From contig OZ024746.1 of assembly GCA_964016885.1 (NCBI GenBank), positions 90,210,001-90,274,000 of the forward strand: 64,000 nt of DNA, written 5' to 3'. The notes below the pieces were generated by a model. That model saw only the letters and a program-made list of their open reading frames with translations. It made no database searches and was not told the origin of the DNA. The position numbers and the translations under genes are program-made. The stretch comes from Eledone cirrhosa. Its lineage: Eukaryota. Shown here one piece after another: positions 41,379 to 57,084 of the stretch (position 1 is the stretch's first letter; every line of letters starts with the position of its first letter).

Positions 41379-41846
41379 CATACCAATCAATCAGTATGAA
41401 GCCTGTAGAAGCAATTCCTATATCAAATAAGTATGTTTATACTCTGTTAATATATCGAGTACCTCTTTAATTCGGGCTGCCGGGGATTTCACTTGGGCTA
41501 TATGTATAAATTAAGAAACATTATGAATTTTTGTTTTCTTGTAGTTAGGTTTCGTTTTGGGTATCGAACTTTCAAAAGCGTTTCGCAGAGGAATGGATCA
41601 AGATCCTCCATAGAAGTTATTGACCCGATTCCAGTATTTTCAGACTTTTGATTCAACAAATAATATATAATTCGTATCTCAGAAAACAGGAAATAAGCCA
41701 GTTTTTATACAATATAAACTATGAGTCGTACTAGTCTGTCATCTATAAATAACATATAATAACTATAAGAAAACCAACAGTGTTTTCTTAATGAACTTTA
41801 ATAAACAGCGTGACAACCTAATTAAACAACTATATTTACGAACTAA

Positions 41847-42180
41847 AGGCGCATAGCTTAGGGGTTCGAGCTTTGGCTTTACAATCGAAATGTTGTGACA
41901 TCGATTTTCGGACCGAGTGATACGTTGTTTCCTTGTACAAGACACTATATTTCACGTTGCTCCAATTCACTCAGCTGTAGAAATGAGTTGCGCCATCACT
42001 GAGGCCAAGCTGTATCGGCAATATATTTTCCATTGGACATCATAGGTAGCATGGAGAGGGGACGCTGGTATGCAAGGGCAACTGATTGTCTCCCACAAAC
42101 AACCTTGCCCGGGTTTGTGTCTCGGAGGGAAAACTTTCTAGGTACAACTATCATGGTGATTCGTGACCAATGGGTGTCTT
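41847..42180 (+). mobile_element. SINE family 2, near full length
   Basis: Homology to 19513, 45325 and 51925. Confidence 0.75.
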
Positions 42181-42699
42181 CTTTTCTCTAAGACACACCA
42201 ACTGTATACTTAAGGAGCATTAGAATGTTTTCACTAGTAACCCATCCAATAGTTTAATATGCCCTTCAACATGAAACAGGGAAAATTAGTAAAAACATTC
42301 TTCATATAATTATACCAACAGTTAATCAGAAATTTGTACTTAATTTATAGGGAACTAAAGTTATATAGCGGTGCATTGTTTTAGATGGTGCGGTGAATTG
42401 ATGCATATGAGGGACACATATGCATCCATTTCCATTATCCTGCTAAACTAAGGATGAATAATGCCCTTGAACATCATTTGTATTGCTAGACATGCAACTG
42501 ATATTTTCTCGGCTGCCAGTCGCATTACCACAGGGTTTGAAAGTTGCCTTTGGATAAGGGAAACCGTTAAAAAAATGTCATTAAAAAGATAAAAAGTTGA
42601 AAGATGAATATTTACTATCTCACATTAAAATTCGGGCAGACTCGATGGTTCAGTGACACAAATACTGGTCATATAATCTGTGGAGGTATAATTTTCTCG

Positions 42700-42908
42700 A
42701 ATTTAGGCACAAGCCCAGCAATTTGAAGGGACGGGAAAAGTCGTTCAAATCGACCCAAGTGCTTAATGGTACTTTATTTTTTTGATCCGGAAAGGATGAA
42801 AGGCAAACTTAACGTCTGCGGGATTTGAACTCAGATAGTAACGGGGCGTAACTCTATGCTGAAAAGCATGATGTCCGATGCTCTACCGATACTGCCAACC
42901 AACCGCCC
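42700..42908 (-). mobile_element. SINE family 1, diverged
   Basis: Homology to other family 1 copies. Confidence 0.8.
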
Positions 42909-44534
42909 TTCTGCGTGGGAATAATGAGGATTCTTTAGTTTGGTGGGAGACGACAATGAATTGAATTAGTTTCCGTAAAATTCGTTTGCCACTGTGAGCA
43001 AGGAATTTAATCGAACATTAGATAACTTGAAATATATATGATGGTAGTTATAATGGTTATAATGTTAAGTAATAGCTAACCCGTACAAGATATATACATC
43101 TATATTTCAGAATGAACCGCAAGTTTGCCGCTGATATCGTAACTGTTTCAGAAGAGATCCTTTTTTTCTTCTTATTTAGATATTAAGGCGTTATTTTAAG
43201 AAATACAACTTTTAAACAATACATTCTTTGTAGAATTCATTTTCTGCTTCGAGATATGATGTCTTTACATGGCCATACTGTCTCATTTAAGTTCTTTATT
43301 ATGGGCTTGAATTGCCGCATATTGGTTTTACAGGAGACCCATGAGAGAACCGGGAATAGTTTATGCAAATCTAGGTAGAATATTTGTTAATTGATTGTGG
43401 GATCTGCTTCATGCAGAATAATTTCTTTGAGTAATACTATTCACACGTTGAACTTATATTGGTTTTGTTCTGTAAGTTCATATGCATCCAGCGTTATTAT
43501 CTTCCCTCCTGCAAAAAATATTAACGGAGAGATCTATGTTTACATTTCTGCTAAAATACATCCAGGACGTGATTATCAGATATACTCATTCAATTATAGG
43601 TGCGGTTTGAAGTTAAACAGCAATGTGCCGTTTAGGTTTATCAGGCACTTTTAATCTGCACTTTGAGCCGAGGACTGTAATCTCTCCATGCCTCGTTTGC
43701 TCTGCGACGGGTTTGCAGTCGAGCTCCTAGCCGTGAAGACCTCTGGTGTCCTTGGCCCTAGGGCTACTATCATACTCACCAACATATGCACTGCGCTGGC
43801 TAGCAGCAGGTGTGAAACTCACGAGACGGTATGGCTCAACCAGCGCACTCCCTCACCATTGTGAAGGGAAACACTTTCTCTATTCTGTCCGCTGGAGCCG
43901 TGAGGCGGCCAGCGGGTGGGGCCCCGTTTGGTCATTATAGTTAGAGATGGGTAGGTTACGAGAGATTAAGACAACGACACTGTGAGTTTGGCGACTTTTA
44001 TTCAGACGTGGTGTGCGTGTTTGTGTATTTGTGCTTATTTGTGTTTAAAAACACTTCTTTTTGTCAATCTTTAAATACCACTAATACTTATACTACAACT
44101 CTCACTCCTTATCATCTGATATATACAGTATTTACGCGAATTAATCATTTACATGTGTAAATCACTTATAGAGAAATCACATAGAGATTACCATTGTGGT
44201 AGACACGTACAATTAATAGAGAATGAAAATAAAACAGTTTCGACGCTAACTGTGTGGAGATTAGAGAGATAAATCAGATATTTGCAGAGGTAGTGAAACT
44301 CTGTATTATGATAATTATATTGGTACGTTTGTCAGCTACGAGTACGGTGTATTCGAAACAAATTTTATTATAACTTATCATTTGTCCTTATATTCTTGTT
44401 TCTCCATATCCGATATCTATTAACCTTGCAAACGTTGAGCCAATCCCGACAAACAAGACATGCTGGTGTACAAGCATAGTCAAGCTACATAACACACACA
44501 CACAAACACACACACACAAGCATATATATATGCA

Positions 44535-44790
44535 GAGGCACGTGGTCTAGTGGTAAGGGTATTGGACTCAAGACAATAATGTCGGGGGTTCGATTCCTGG
44601 GATGCGTAATGTGTTCTTGAGCAAAACACTTCATTCCACGTTGCTCCAGTATACTCAGCTGCAAAAATGAGTCCCGGAAATAGCTGAAGGTTTAAGCCTA
44701 CGGTGGGCTGGGGGAGTCTTGTACCCTCAATCGCTTAACGCCATGAAACCGGGATAAGCGCCGGTCACATAAGCCTTCTGGTTTAAGAGA
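44535..44790 (+). mobile_element. tRNA-derived SINE related to family 2
   Basis: tggtctagtggt A-box, ggttcgattcc B-box, tgtgttcttgagcaaaacactt. Confidence 0.7.
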
Positions 44791-45327
44791 GACTTTAGAC
44801 TGTATGCATAAATGTATGCATTCAGGTATGTATGTATCTATGCATGTGTATATGTCCGTGCGTGCGTGCAATTCTGCATGTCACCACACGTGTGTCTACC
44901 CAAATATTCAAATATTTGCGTATGCGATGACAGAAACTGATCATATAATACCTACTGAAATCATTTCAGTTAGATACGGCTACCAGCACGATTTTGTCTT
45001 AATTTTAAAAAGGAAAATAACATCATCTGAATATCAAACAATATAGTTTTTATATTTCGTGTGGTTTAGTTGCAATATATTCCTCCAACAGAATGGAACG
45101 TATTCATTGGCAGATATATTTTATGCACATCCTGATATATTTTCGTTATAAGAGTAAATACAATACTTGAAATATAAATGCATAATTCGTACTTCCTGGC
45201 ATAAGTGAAAGTAATATTTTTATTTTCATCGACAACAAATATATCTTATAGAATTATATCTAAATGGAAATTTATTTTCAAGACAATATAACATTGGCTG
45301 ATTTATATATACATATAAATTACAAAT

Positions 45328-45660
45328 ATGACGCCATATGGCTTAATGGTTAGGGCGTTGGTCTTAGAAACGGGAGGTTTTGAGGTCGATTCTCGGAGCG
45401 GATTAAGCATTATCTCCTCGAGTAAGACACTTTATTTTTTACATTTCTTTCAGCTGTAGAAACGAATGGCAACGTCATTGGTACCAAGCTCCACCAGTCT
45501 TGCCTTTGTCTTGGACAATATCAGTTGCTTGTAGGGGGAGACTGGTATGTATAGACGAGTGTTGGCTTTCCACAAACAACATTGCTCATACTTGTGCCGT
45601 TGAGGAGACCCTTCTAGTTGCTAACCCCATGGTAATAATATGAGTGAAGGGATATTTACC
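45328..45660 (+). mobile_element. SINE family 2, diverged
   Basis: Homology to other family 2 copies. Confidence 0.65.
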
Positions 45661-46568
45661 GTTTACCTAGCTGGAAAAATACATGCTCAAAAATGCATAC
45701 AACTATATATGTATATGTGTGTTATAATTTTCCTATGTTTGAATGTCAATCCGTGAAACATTTCCGTATATGCATGTGTATATATATCAGTATGAGTATA
45801 TAATCAGCATCAGTATGAGGTATGTTAGTGTGTAGTTACTTCTCTCAATTACAGGCAAGATTTCGCAATGCAAAAGTTAGCTTGTGATGAATCGGTGAAG
45901 ATTAAAAAAACACATTTAGAAGTGAAGTGTTGAGAGATTGCTTTGTAAATGAATATCCCGATAATTCAGTTCATTTGAAGGCGATACTTATATATATAAT
46001 AAATAATATCGGTGTTAACTGATATGATGAACCTAAACACCGCTGGTTTACCCGCCAGAGACAATGTATATGCCTCTACAATATGTACACATTCAATGAA
46101 ATTGAAGTGTCTAGCTCTGAATTGTATTTCCGGTGCAACAATTTCTTCTTTTGAACAACCTCAAGTTAATGCAATGTCATTGATTCTTCAAACAATGTGC
46201 GATATTCTTCCTATACAACACTATATGGCTATTCTTAGAGTGTATGCAAAGCATCACTTTGAAATTTGATTCACAAATATCTAGTAGATTCTTGTTTAAG
46301 TGTGAAACTATAATTGTTTGAAAGTGAAGCAAACCAACACGTAGTAATATATAATGTACCGCACTTGTTTATATAGAACAGTTGGGTTAATAGGAATATT
46401 TCTAGCACCTTGAAAATCCATTATTTAATTTACGTGATTTTGGCATAGATTGAACGATAAGCAATGCTGTTAGTACATACAAACGTGTACACATACAGAC
46501 AGGTACACACATACACAGAAACACACACACACATATCTATCTATCTCTCTCTCTCTCGCTCTCTCAGA

Positions 46569-46608
<40 letters not shown>

Positions 46609-46615
46609 CTCTCTC

Positions 46616-46689
<74 letters not shown>

Positions 46690-47289
46690 TGTTTGTGTGT
46701 GTATGTGTGCGCGTGCGCGCGTGTGTGTGGATGTGGGTGTGGGTGTAGATCTATATATAAATATGTGTGTAATCCTATTGTAGTTTAAAAGTGGTGAAAA
46801 TATCTCAGGCCCTGGAACAAGTAATGTTGTATAGATAAATTCCATGACTGCAATGATTGCGTGTCACAAGTACACGCGTTTCATTAGCGTGTTTATTAAC
46901 GCCAACTGCTCCACACTGGACCTTATGAAATCAGAGAAGTGGCACGGAAAAGGAGTATACTTATAAACCTATCTTAAGTAATGGTTTGTTTTTCTTCAAC
47001 CGCCACACATGAACTATTATTAGTTTAGAAGGAATGGTCATCAGTAGATTGAGTCTTTTTCCTTCTACGTTAAATTCTACCCGAAGTGTCTTTTTCGTGA
47101 ACATATCTTAGCCACTACCCTTTTAAAATGATACTAGAGTTCTCGCACTTAGTATACAAAAATATCATTTATTGCTTACTCGTACCCATAGAATTATAGA
47201 ACTCTCTTTCGTAAGGAGAGAATCCGTTACTTAATCTATAGTAAAATGTGTATAGCCGTATTTGTGGAAGCGTGTGAGACGGTATGTGG

Positions 47290-47379
<90 letters not shown>

Positions 47380-47383
<4 letters not shown>

Positions 47384-48003
47384 GGAAGTACAGCATAATC
47401 GAAGCTCTGGCAGCAGCTAAGCTAACGAATGCAATCGGAATGTGCAGATAATCACTCAATAAGGTATTTTACCTGAGAGTTATAACATTAAGGTTAGACA
47501 GCTTTGCAAATTGAAGACAGCGACCGGTAAGTCAACCGCAGAGACCGAAGCAACGAGAAAACTGAATCTGGAAAATATGACATACCTGGACCAACAATAT
47601 TTCCGCTAGGATTCTGTAAATCTGAAATCAACAAAATCAAATTGCGGGGCATGCTAGATATTGGTTTTGGAAGATCGAACAGGTTTCTGTTCTCAGCTGC
47701 TTCCGTTTTTGGCGGTCAAAATTCTAAATTTGAACAAAGGAATAAATTCCTTTCCACAAACCGAATAAAGCTCTCGACAAGACGTTATTAAAGAAACATA
47801 ATTAACCATTCAATAGAATTGTCTAATTAAATTAATCAATTAATTATTAAGTCCAGGAGATAATAATACAAATGGAAGTACAGCATAATCGAAGCTCTGG
47901 TAGCAACTAAGCTAACGAATGCAATCGGAATATACAGCTTAGCACTCAATAAGGTATTTTACCTTATAATTATAACATTACGTTTAGACAGCTTTGCAAA
48001 TTG

Positions 48004-48005
<2 letters not shown>
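47380..48005. repeat. ~625-bp element with ~135-bp direct terminal repeats inside (TA)n
   Basis: aaatggaagtacagcataatcgaagctctgg at 47380 and 47870. Confidence 0.85.
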
Positions 48006-48074
<69 letters not shown>

Positions 48075-49559
48075 GGTAAATATTGATGCAATTCAATTCA
48101 AGCACTCAACGTACTTTCTCCACATAGGAGTGACGGAGTAAATATCGAATAAGGAAAAGCGAAGTAGTTTCAGATGTTCAAGTCCTTTAATAATAATGCT
48201 GTCATATATATTTCAGTGGCGACACTGACCACACTGTTCTGTGTGCCAGTGTCGTGTCATCATCAGACAGCTTGTTACATAATAAGGTTATGTTTCCGAG
48301 GTAATCCAAATTGGTTCGACATGGGAACGGATGAATTGCGTGCTTTGGGGTTTTTCATCCGCTCCCTTGTGAGTACCAATTCACCCCCACCGGCCTGCGC
48401 AAGCGCATGTCCGAAGGAAGTTGACCATTAGCCACCGCAGACTTCAACGAAATTTGCTTAGTCAGTTCACCCTGTCAGCCAAAACAATCGCCCACCAATG
48501 CCTGTACCATATTTTACTGCTACCCATCACGGCTGTGTCAGTCAGCCGAAAGCCAGAGGGGATGGGAGAGTGTTAGTTTTTACAGGTCATAATACTACCC
48601 CTCACTAAGCGTTGACGGTACGACTGTCCATCACCTTATAAAGGAAAATAAACTTATTCTTGGTATCATGGTTTTACGTTGGAATCAAATATCAGAAATT
48701 ATAAATTAAACAATTAAGAAATTAACTATTAGAAATTAAAGAATTAAAAAAATTCTTTTCAGGTGATAATTCGGATTGAGGTGAGTAAAAATATAGACTG
48801 AAGTGAGTAAATAATATGGAGAGAGATGTTTAAGTAATATGTTCTGAGAGGGATTCTAGTGTCACAGTTACTCTATCCACATATTGAACGACAGTGCCGT
48901 ACATTATAACTACAGGGCTCCAGGCATTAGTGAATCTGGTACACAGTCCTAATTTCTATCACAGGGAACAAAATCAAAGAATAATAGACATAAAGTACAC
49001 AAAAGAAAAGAACAGAACCAATAGTGAATAAATGCAAAAACACAGAGTACATATATGCAAAATAATCCATATGATTGTCCATCTGTCCATGTATAGATTG
49101 AATTGAGGTGGCCTCTGTTCAAATGCGATTTGGTGCAGGAAAATAGGGGTTTATATATATATATTTGTGTGTGTTTGTGTGAGAGAGAGTTTATGATTGT
49201 GTGTGTGTGTATATATATAATTGTGATCCTGTGTGTTGAGTAAATGCTATTTGTGAGAAGGAAGAAAAAGGAATATATCCAGAGTGCAGAGTAATGCTTG
49301 AATAATGTTATTTGTAATCTGTGTCGAAACTCATTACAAGTAGTTTCAGTCAGACACCGATAATAAGAGCATTTATATTTCAATATTTATATCAATGTCG
49401 ACAGACATACGACGGAATATGCTAAACTCAATGCAACATGATATAATTCCCTTGATTGCGAACATATGTGGTAGAATTTCTAAAACTTTTAGAAACAAAA
49501 ATATTTGTATTTTCATACCGGTCATGGAAAAAAAAACAAATAACATCTCTGTTGAAATA

Positions 49560-50020
49560 TTTTGTCATTGATGCACTATATAAATGTATACCTGAATGTC
49601 CTTACCTCGTCAGTTACTTTTTTTTCCACGATCCCAACATGGTGAACGCTCAACTTCAATTTCAAATTAGGTAAGAGGCAGAAATTATATCGGAGCGTTT
49701 GATTTGTAGCGGAATAGTAGGAATGTTCTTCTTTGCTAAAACATTCCATGGAGCTATTTGATCAGCCGACTTGTCTTGGTGCCATAGTAAATCTTCTGCG
49801 ACGTCCTTTTGGACACGCTGGACCCATTTTCGAAGTCGTTTCAAGATGTCTTTGCAGAAGGTGTTATTAAGTGTCGAATATCCATATACTAAAGTTAGAG
49901 AATTAAATAATTCGGTGGTTGATGTACTGAAATTTATAGAAACAGTTGGCATCTCTATAAACGTCAACTAGATGCAGCGATACTCATATGTTTGTGAAAA
50001 CCTCGTATGCTGCAAGGTGG
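49560..50020 (-). pseudogene. Decayed Tc1/mariner transposase fragment
   Basis: FCKDILKRLRKWVQRVQKDVAEDLLWHQDK...LAKKNIPTIP resembles the mariner LKRLR..VR...W.LHHDNA...FLAK region. Confidence 0.7.
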
Positions 50021-50206
50021 GAGTTAATGTATAAAATAAGTGATATAAGAACAAAAGAAAAACACATACCTACAATTTCTTATTTTTGAAATTTCTCTGA
50101 ATGTTTGTATTTCTATATTGTCTTCACTACGATAAATACATACGTAGACATCAGTTAATATATACACATTGGCAGCCACTCACAAGTACAAGCGCACAAA
50201 CATATG

Positions 50207-50255
<49 letters not shown>

Positions 50256-50349
50256 GAGTTAAACAAGATTCAATGAGTACATCAAAGAATGAGTTTTACA
50301 GTAGATTGGAAGCACTCTACAAAAAAACATATTTTCCAGAGTTATTAAT

Positions 50350-50665
50350 ATTTAAATACAAATATTAATAAAATAGATGTCCCTATGATCAATTGAATGT
50401 TATTATACATATTTCAGAGGTACATCAGTACGTCCTCATCAGATAAAAGAAAATGATACATGACATACCCTGAGATGTTAAATGATTAAGATTAATCAAG
50501 GTTTATTCTAACTTGATTAATCTTAATAATTTAACATCTCAGCGTATGTTATGTAGTATTTTATTTTATCTGAGGAGGACCGTACTGTTGTACCTCTGAA
50601 ATATGTATAATAAAATGTAATTGATCATAGGAACATCCATTTTATTAATATTTGTATTTTAATAT
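50350..50665. repeat. Fold-back element with two outward-facing family D-like HHRs (50400-50448 minus; 50563-50616 plus)
   Basis: ATTTTAT-CTGAGGA-GGA..GTAC-tgtt-GTAC.TCT-GAAA-TATgtATA-ATAAAAT, and an inverted copy with CTGATGA. Confidence 0.85.
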
Positions 50666-50840
50666 TTATATATATATATTCTTTCTGCCTTTGTTACTCT
50701 AAAAATAAACTATAACTTTGAAGAATTAGCTTTTAATGAATTCCCTTTTCTATCAACCAATGACCCACACCCATCCCACTCCCAACCTTCTCCTACCACC
50801 TGAAAAGACCTATAAATACCATACTTATTTTTTGATACCC

Positions 50841-50891
50841 AGATTCCTGATGATTTCTAATGAATGAAACAGTTCTAGTCCTGTAGAATCT
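50841..50891 (+). ncRNA. Type I HHR (family F), intact core
   Basis: AGATTC-CTGATGA-tTTC-taat-GAAt-GAAA-CAG-ttctagtc-CTG-TA-GAATCT. Confidence 0.85.
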
Positions 50892-50906
50892 CATCTATAT
50901 TAAAAC

Positions 50907-50947
<41 letters not shown>

Positions 50948-50991
50948 TATTTATTATTTATATATATATTTAGTCTTGAAATTTATTATTA

Positions 50992-51094
<103 letters not shown>

Positions 51095-51525
51095 TATATA
51101 TATATGTACATTTACATGCAAAAATATCTATATATATATATATATCTATCTATAGATAGATAGATATACATATATATAATCATGAATATATATGAGAGAT
51201 TGTAAGTGCGGGTGTATGTACTTCCACATGCTTATGCTCCTTTACAATATTTTTTAGAGGATATTTGTCATATTATATTTACATATATTGTCCTTCATAC
51301 ATAAGTCTGTACACAGAATATGTGTTACGATGGGTATATGTTTGCTTATAAGTGTCTTTGTTGCTCCGAATGCCTTTATGTTGAAATGCACATATATAAT
51401 TTGGAAATATCATTCTAATATATGAGAAAATGTTGCAAGCATCAAAGGAAATAGAAAATCAATATTTACATGGAGTTCTATTAAACATCGGACAAACACA
51501 TGCGGCAGCACACACACACACACAC

Positions 51526-51747
<222 letters not shown>

Positions 51748-51924
51748 AAATGTAAATGTGTGTATGTGTATGTGTGTGTGCGTGTATTTGACGGATGAAA
51801 AGTGCATTCAATTCCGTAGAAGAGTTTTAATATTCACTTATTATGTCTAAACGAAGATGACATACATAAGTATATATATATAAGGGTAAATAACCCCTTA
51901 GGTCACTAATAACGATAGGATTTG

Positions 51925-52185
51925 TACCTAAGGTACAAATCCGGGCAAGGTTGTTTGTGGAAGAACAGCAGTTACCCATGCATACCTGCCTCCCCTTGTC
52001 ACGTCACCTTTGATGTCCAAGTGAAAGGCAAAAGTCGATACATCTTGACACCAATGACGTTGCAACTCAATTCTACAGCTGAGTAAACTGGAGCAACATA
52101 AAATAAAGTGTGTTGCTCAAGAACACAACACATCATCCGTTCTTAGAATCGAACTCACAACCTTCCGATTGCAAGTCCAATGCAT
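51925..52185 (-). mobile_element. SINE family 2
   Basis: Homology to other family 2 copies. Confidence 0.75.
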
Positions 52186-52595
52186 GTGTACGTACATGTA
52201 TGCCTGTTAGTGAGTATACCACGTATTAATTGTTCTAAATATGTGAGGAGTGTCTATATGCTGGAAGGGTTTATATTTAAGACATGATTTCTATGGAAAC
52301 ATTTCAATATAGTTGAGGACTACTCTAAACTTATATCACCAAGAATCCTGCAATAAATATCATGGGAATTATTTATTTACATTTCCCAGCTAGCTGGTTA
52401 AGTCTTTCTTCCTTGCAGTGCAGAATATCAAAAGTTATAAGTATGTCTATAAAATAGCATTATGGGTTTGACAACAGAATGAGGACCTCCTTAAAGTAAG
52501 TCAATAATTTACTCACTTTAATAGGTTTTCTTGTAAATACTTATACTATATAGATTTATTGATTTGTACATGAATTTTCCCAATAGCAGGAGTGA

Positions 52596-52686
<91 letters not shown>

Positions 52687-52817
52687 GCGTTAGATTCTTA
52701 AAGAGGATCAAGGCACGATCGATGGGGTGATCAAACCTGACTCTAAAATCGCGCGGTCCTCGCATACATCTCGATTCTACGAAACAGTTTGTCCTATTAA
52801 TATATATATATATATAT

Positions 52818-53173
52818 ATATTGGTAAACGGAATAGAAAATGCCGACAATTTGTTCACAGTTGAAAAATGGTTTAATTAGGAATAAAAGAGTATTAGTGA
52901 TTGTATGGGTTAGTATTCAGGTGTGGTTATAAGTTTTTAAGTTTTTACCGGTGCAATACAAAGAAATATATGTGCATATATATGTATGTATATATGTATA
53001 TATATATATATATATATATGTAGTGAATATATGTGTGTGTATGTATATATAGTGAATATCATTTCACACCTTTTATTGTTAAGATTTTTGATGTTCTATT
53101 AAGAGAACCGATTTTACTGAAAAAATCGAATAATGTACACCATTTTACCAGGGGAAAAAAATACTGGTCCACC

Positions 53174-53205
<32 letters not shown>

Positions 53206-53386
53206 CACAAACACATACACACGCGTACATCAACATACAAAGAGACTTATATTCACACACACACACACACACCCGCACTTCTCCGTATAAGACAAAAGCT
53301 GAAAAATATCTTTTGACATGCTAAAATACCCCCCATTGCTTTCAGACACATTCTTACTGACCATCCCTGCCCCACAAATTACTCTG

Positions 53387-53428
<42 letters not shown>

Positions 53429-53509
53429 ATCTTTTGACATGCTAAAATACCCCCCATTGCTTTCAGACACATTCTTACTGACCATCCCTACCAACACGAA
53501 TCACTCTGC

Positions 53510-53558
<49 letters not shown>

Positions 53559-54160
53559 ATCTTAATAGCCATTTGACACACATCGCTGCTGGCATTGTCG
53601 CAGCATCGAACACCTTACTACTACTACTACACACGCACGCACACACACACACACACACACCCACACACACACACACACACATATTTGTTGTGAAAGAGTC
53701 ATTTCTCAATCTTGGCGCAAAACCAATTTTTTATTCACATGACCTCTACCGACCAATCAAAATTGTTTTGACCAAGAATTTTTGCTGGAGCCACTTTTTT
53801 AACATAAAAACAGTCTTGGCGCAAAATCAACTTTTTACATTCACATGACCTCTACCGACCAATCAAAATTGTTTTGACCACAAGAATTTTTGCAACACAA
53901 AAATGACGCTGGAGCCACTTTTTTAACATAAAAACAGGTAGAATTCCCAAAACTAATCAGATCAGAACAAACAGCACGGACACTCTATCTCAAAATTATT
54001 TTTGAAAAGCACTTAGAAATGCGCAACCGGTAAAAACTTAAAAACTTAAAACCACAACTGAATACTAACCCATACAATCACTAATACTCTTTTATTCCTA
54101 ATTAAACCATTTTTCAACTGTGAACAATTTGTCGGCACATTCTATTCCGTTTACCAATAT
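52818..54160 (+). mobile_element. Element with ~140-bp inverted termini, internal short tandem duplications and a family A HHR at ~53998-54036
   Basis: atattggtaaacggaatagaa.. versus ..ttctattccgtttaccaatat; ttgaaaa-gcacttagaaatgc-gcaa-ccgg-ta. Confidence 0.75.
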
Positions 54161-54192
54161 ATAATAACTTGTGTGTTACACCTCTATTCTTT

Positions 54193-54466
<274 letters not shown>

Positions 54467-54536
54467 CACGCTTGCTTATGCAATTTTGAACTGCATCAAT
54501 AAATGTTCGTTGGCAACTATATATATGTATATATAC

Positions 54537-54633
<97 letters not shown>

Positions 54634-54636
54634 TAC

Positions 54637-54760
54637 ATGGACACACTGGAAGAAGAAGATCAAGGTTAACGTATGTTGATGCCCTAAGGACAGACACTGG
54701 TCTGTTAAGACACAGGACATGGCAGCGATAATGAGGGAGAGACAAGTGGAGAGAATTTGT
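54637..54760 (+). pseudogene. RTE-type LINE C-terminal fragment
   Basis: [23 protein letters not shown], then [12 protein letters not shown] in another frame; resembles RTE ORF ends. Confidence 0.55.
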
Positions 54761-54789
54761 CCATGGATCTCGGAAATTTTACCCGCCCT

Positions 54790-55690
54790 ATATATATATA
54801 ACTTGTCTGCCAATAAAGAGATCTTCAATAGTAATGCTGATAACTATAACTCAGAGCTAGCTAAGGCATCCCACAGCCATGAGATCAGCTATAACCCTAA
54901 AGGACATGATCGAGATGACCCAAGGGTACCCCGGGCCAATAATCTCAGGGGCATGGGTCGCCCACCTAACCCCGCGCTTACCAGTAGTAACACTCCCAAA
55001 CCCATATCCGTCACCACCCCCGGTAGAGGGCCCCGTATACCCCACCCGTCTAAAACCTAGAACGCTGAAGACCACTGCGGTACGGTGTATAGGCACCCCT
55101 GCACCGGCCACACCACCCGCCGAAACCTAATTGAGCAGGGAGGCCGCACCGGGCAGGTCTATAGCCCCACGGTGAGCCCTTATAACCCTCATGATAGTGA
55201 CAGCTCAGCACACCTGAGTGACACCAACCGAGCTTACCTGAGCTGTGCATAACCCCGTGATGGACCACGGCGGACACCCAACAACCCCGCAATAATAGGA
55301 CCAGTAAGGTCACATGGTATAACCCCCCGTACTCGCTGGGTCTACGTACCAGCCCGGCTAGAACATTCTTTAGAGTACTGGATAAATGTTTCCCTAGGGC
55401 CCATACGTACCATAACATATTCAACATGCACACAGTGAAACGTTCCTACTCAACCACACGCTCCGTAGCCCGGCACATAGCCGGCATAAATAGGAATAGG
55501 CTCACTTCCTCTAATATCAATGTAAACCCCGGAGCCACCCAACGGAACCAGCACGCGGGACATACCAGACCCCGGACAGGCCCATCTAGCACACTGGAAC
55601 CCAATGACCCTGTACTGATTGCGGCCACTACCCAGCCAACCCCGAGTGATGGTAACCACGCGGTGCATGTGCTGGGGCTTAAGAAGTCAT
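54790..55690 (+). pseudogene. GC-rich PLE fragment (RT thumb and linker with Pro/Arg-rich inserts)
   Basis: NLSANKEIFNSNADNYNSELAK, VTWYNPPYS, RVLDKCFPRAHTYHNIFNMHTVKRSYS; parallels motifs in the 57116 ORF. Confidence 0.75.
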
Positions 55691-55990
55691 GTAATTCTAT
55701 TAAACTTATTCCTAGTTCTTTCTATTCTATTCGAAAATTTGCTTCTATACAAGGGGCAGGTCCCATTTCTATCATAATTTACCATTTTTTCCCATTTGAT
55801 TCTGGCTCCTCTATATACTCTGGTTTTATCCCTCTGATTGTAACCAGAGAACTGCATACGGTGGATGAAGTGTTGTATGTGTCTGTCTAGTTCTTTTGGC
55901 TTGCACATGCGTGACACGTTTCTCATCACCCGCACCAAATCTGCAATCAGTATGTTGATTTTGGTGTGGTCCAAACCAGCTAAGTTTCGG
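55687..55990 (-). pseudogene. PLE RT thumb-region fragment of a different clade
   Basis: KINILIADLVRVMRNVS..HIQHFIHRMQFSGY..GTCPLYRSK. Confidence 0.6.
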
Positions 55991-56029
55991 TGGATCAGAT
56001 ATTTGGAAGTCACACACCAAAACAAGATG

Positions 56030-56500
<471 letters not shown>

Positions 56501-56574
56501 GATATATATAGATATTTAAAAAAATCGAGGTGTAACACACGAGTTGTGATATATTAGTCAAAGGGAAAGAAAAT

Positions 56575-56897
56575 GGTGACAATTTCTACCCAGTGAAAAA
56601 TAGTTTAATTAGGAATAAGTATAAATTAGTAATTAGTATTGGTTAGTATTCAATTTTGGTTTTAAGTTCTTCCCGGTTTCGCATTTCTAATGCTTTTCAA
56701 AAATAATTTTGAGTAAGAGCGCTCGTGGTGTTTGATCTAATCTAACGCAAACATCACGAGCGCTCTATCTCAAAATTATTTTTGAAAAGCATTAGAAATG
56801 CGCAACTGGTTAAAACTAAAGCTGAATAGTAGCCAATACTTATTATTAATTTATACTTATTGTTAAACTATTTTTCACTGGGAAAAAAATGTCAGCA
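56575..56897. repeat. Fold-back element with two outward-facing family A (U3-A8) HHR-like motifs
   Basis: Arms centred near 56740; motifs at ~56668-56705 (minus) and ~56778-56815 (plus). Confidence 0.8.
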
Positions 56898-56913
56898 TTT
56901 AATTTTCATTTTA

Positions 56914-57084
<171 letters not shown>

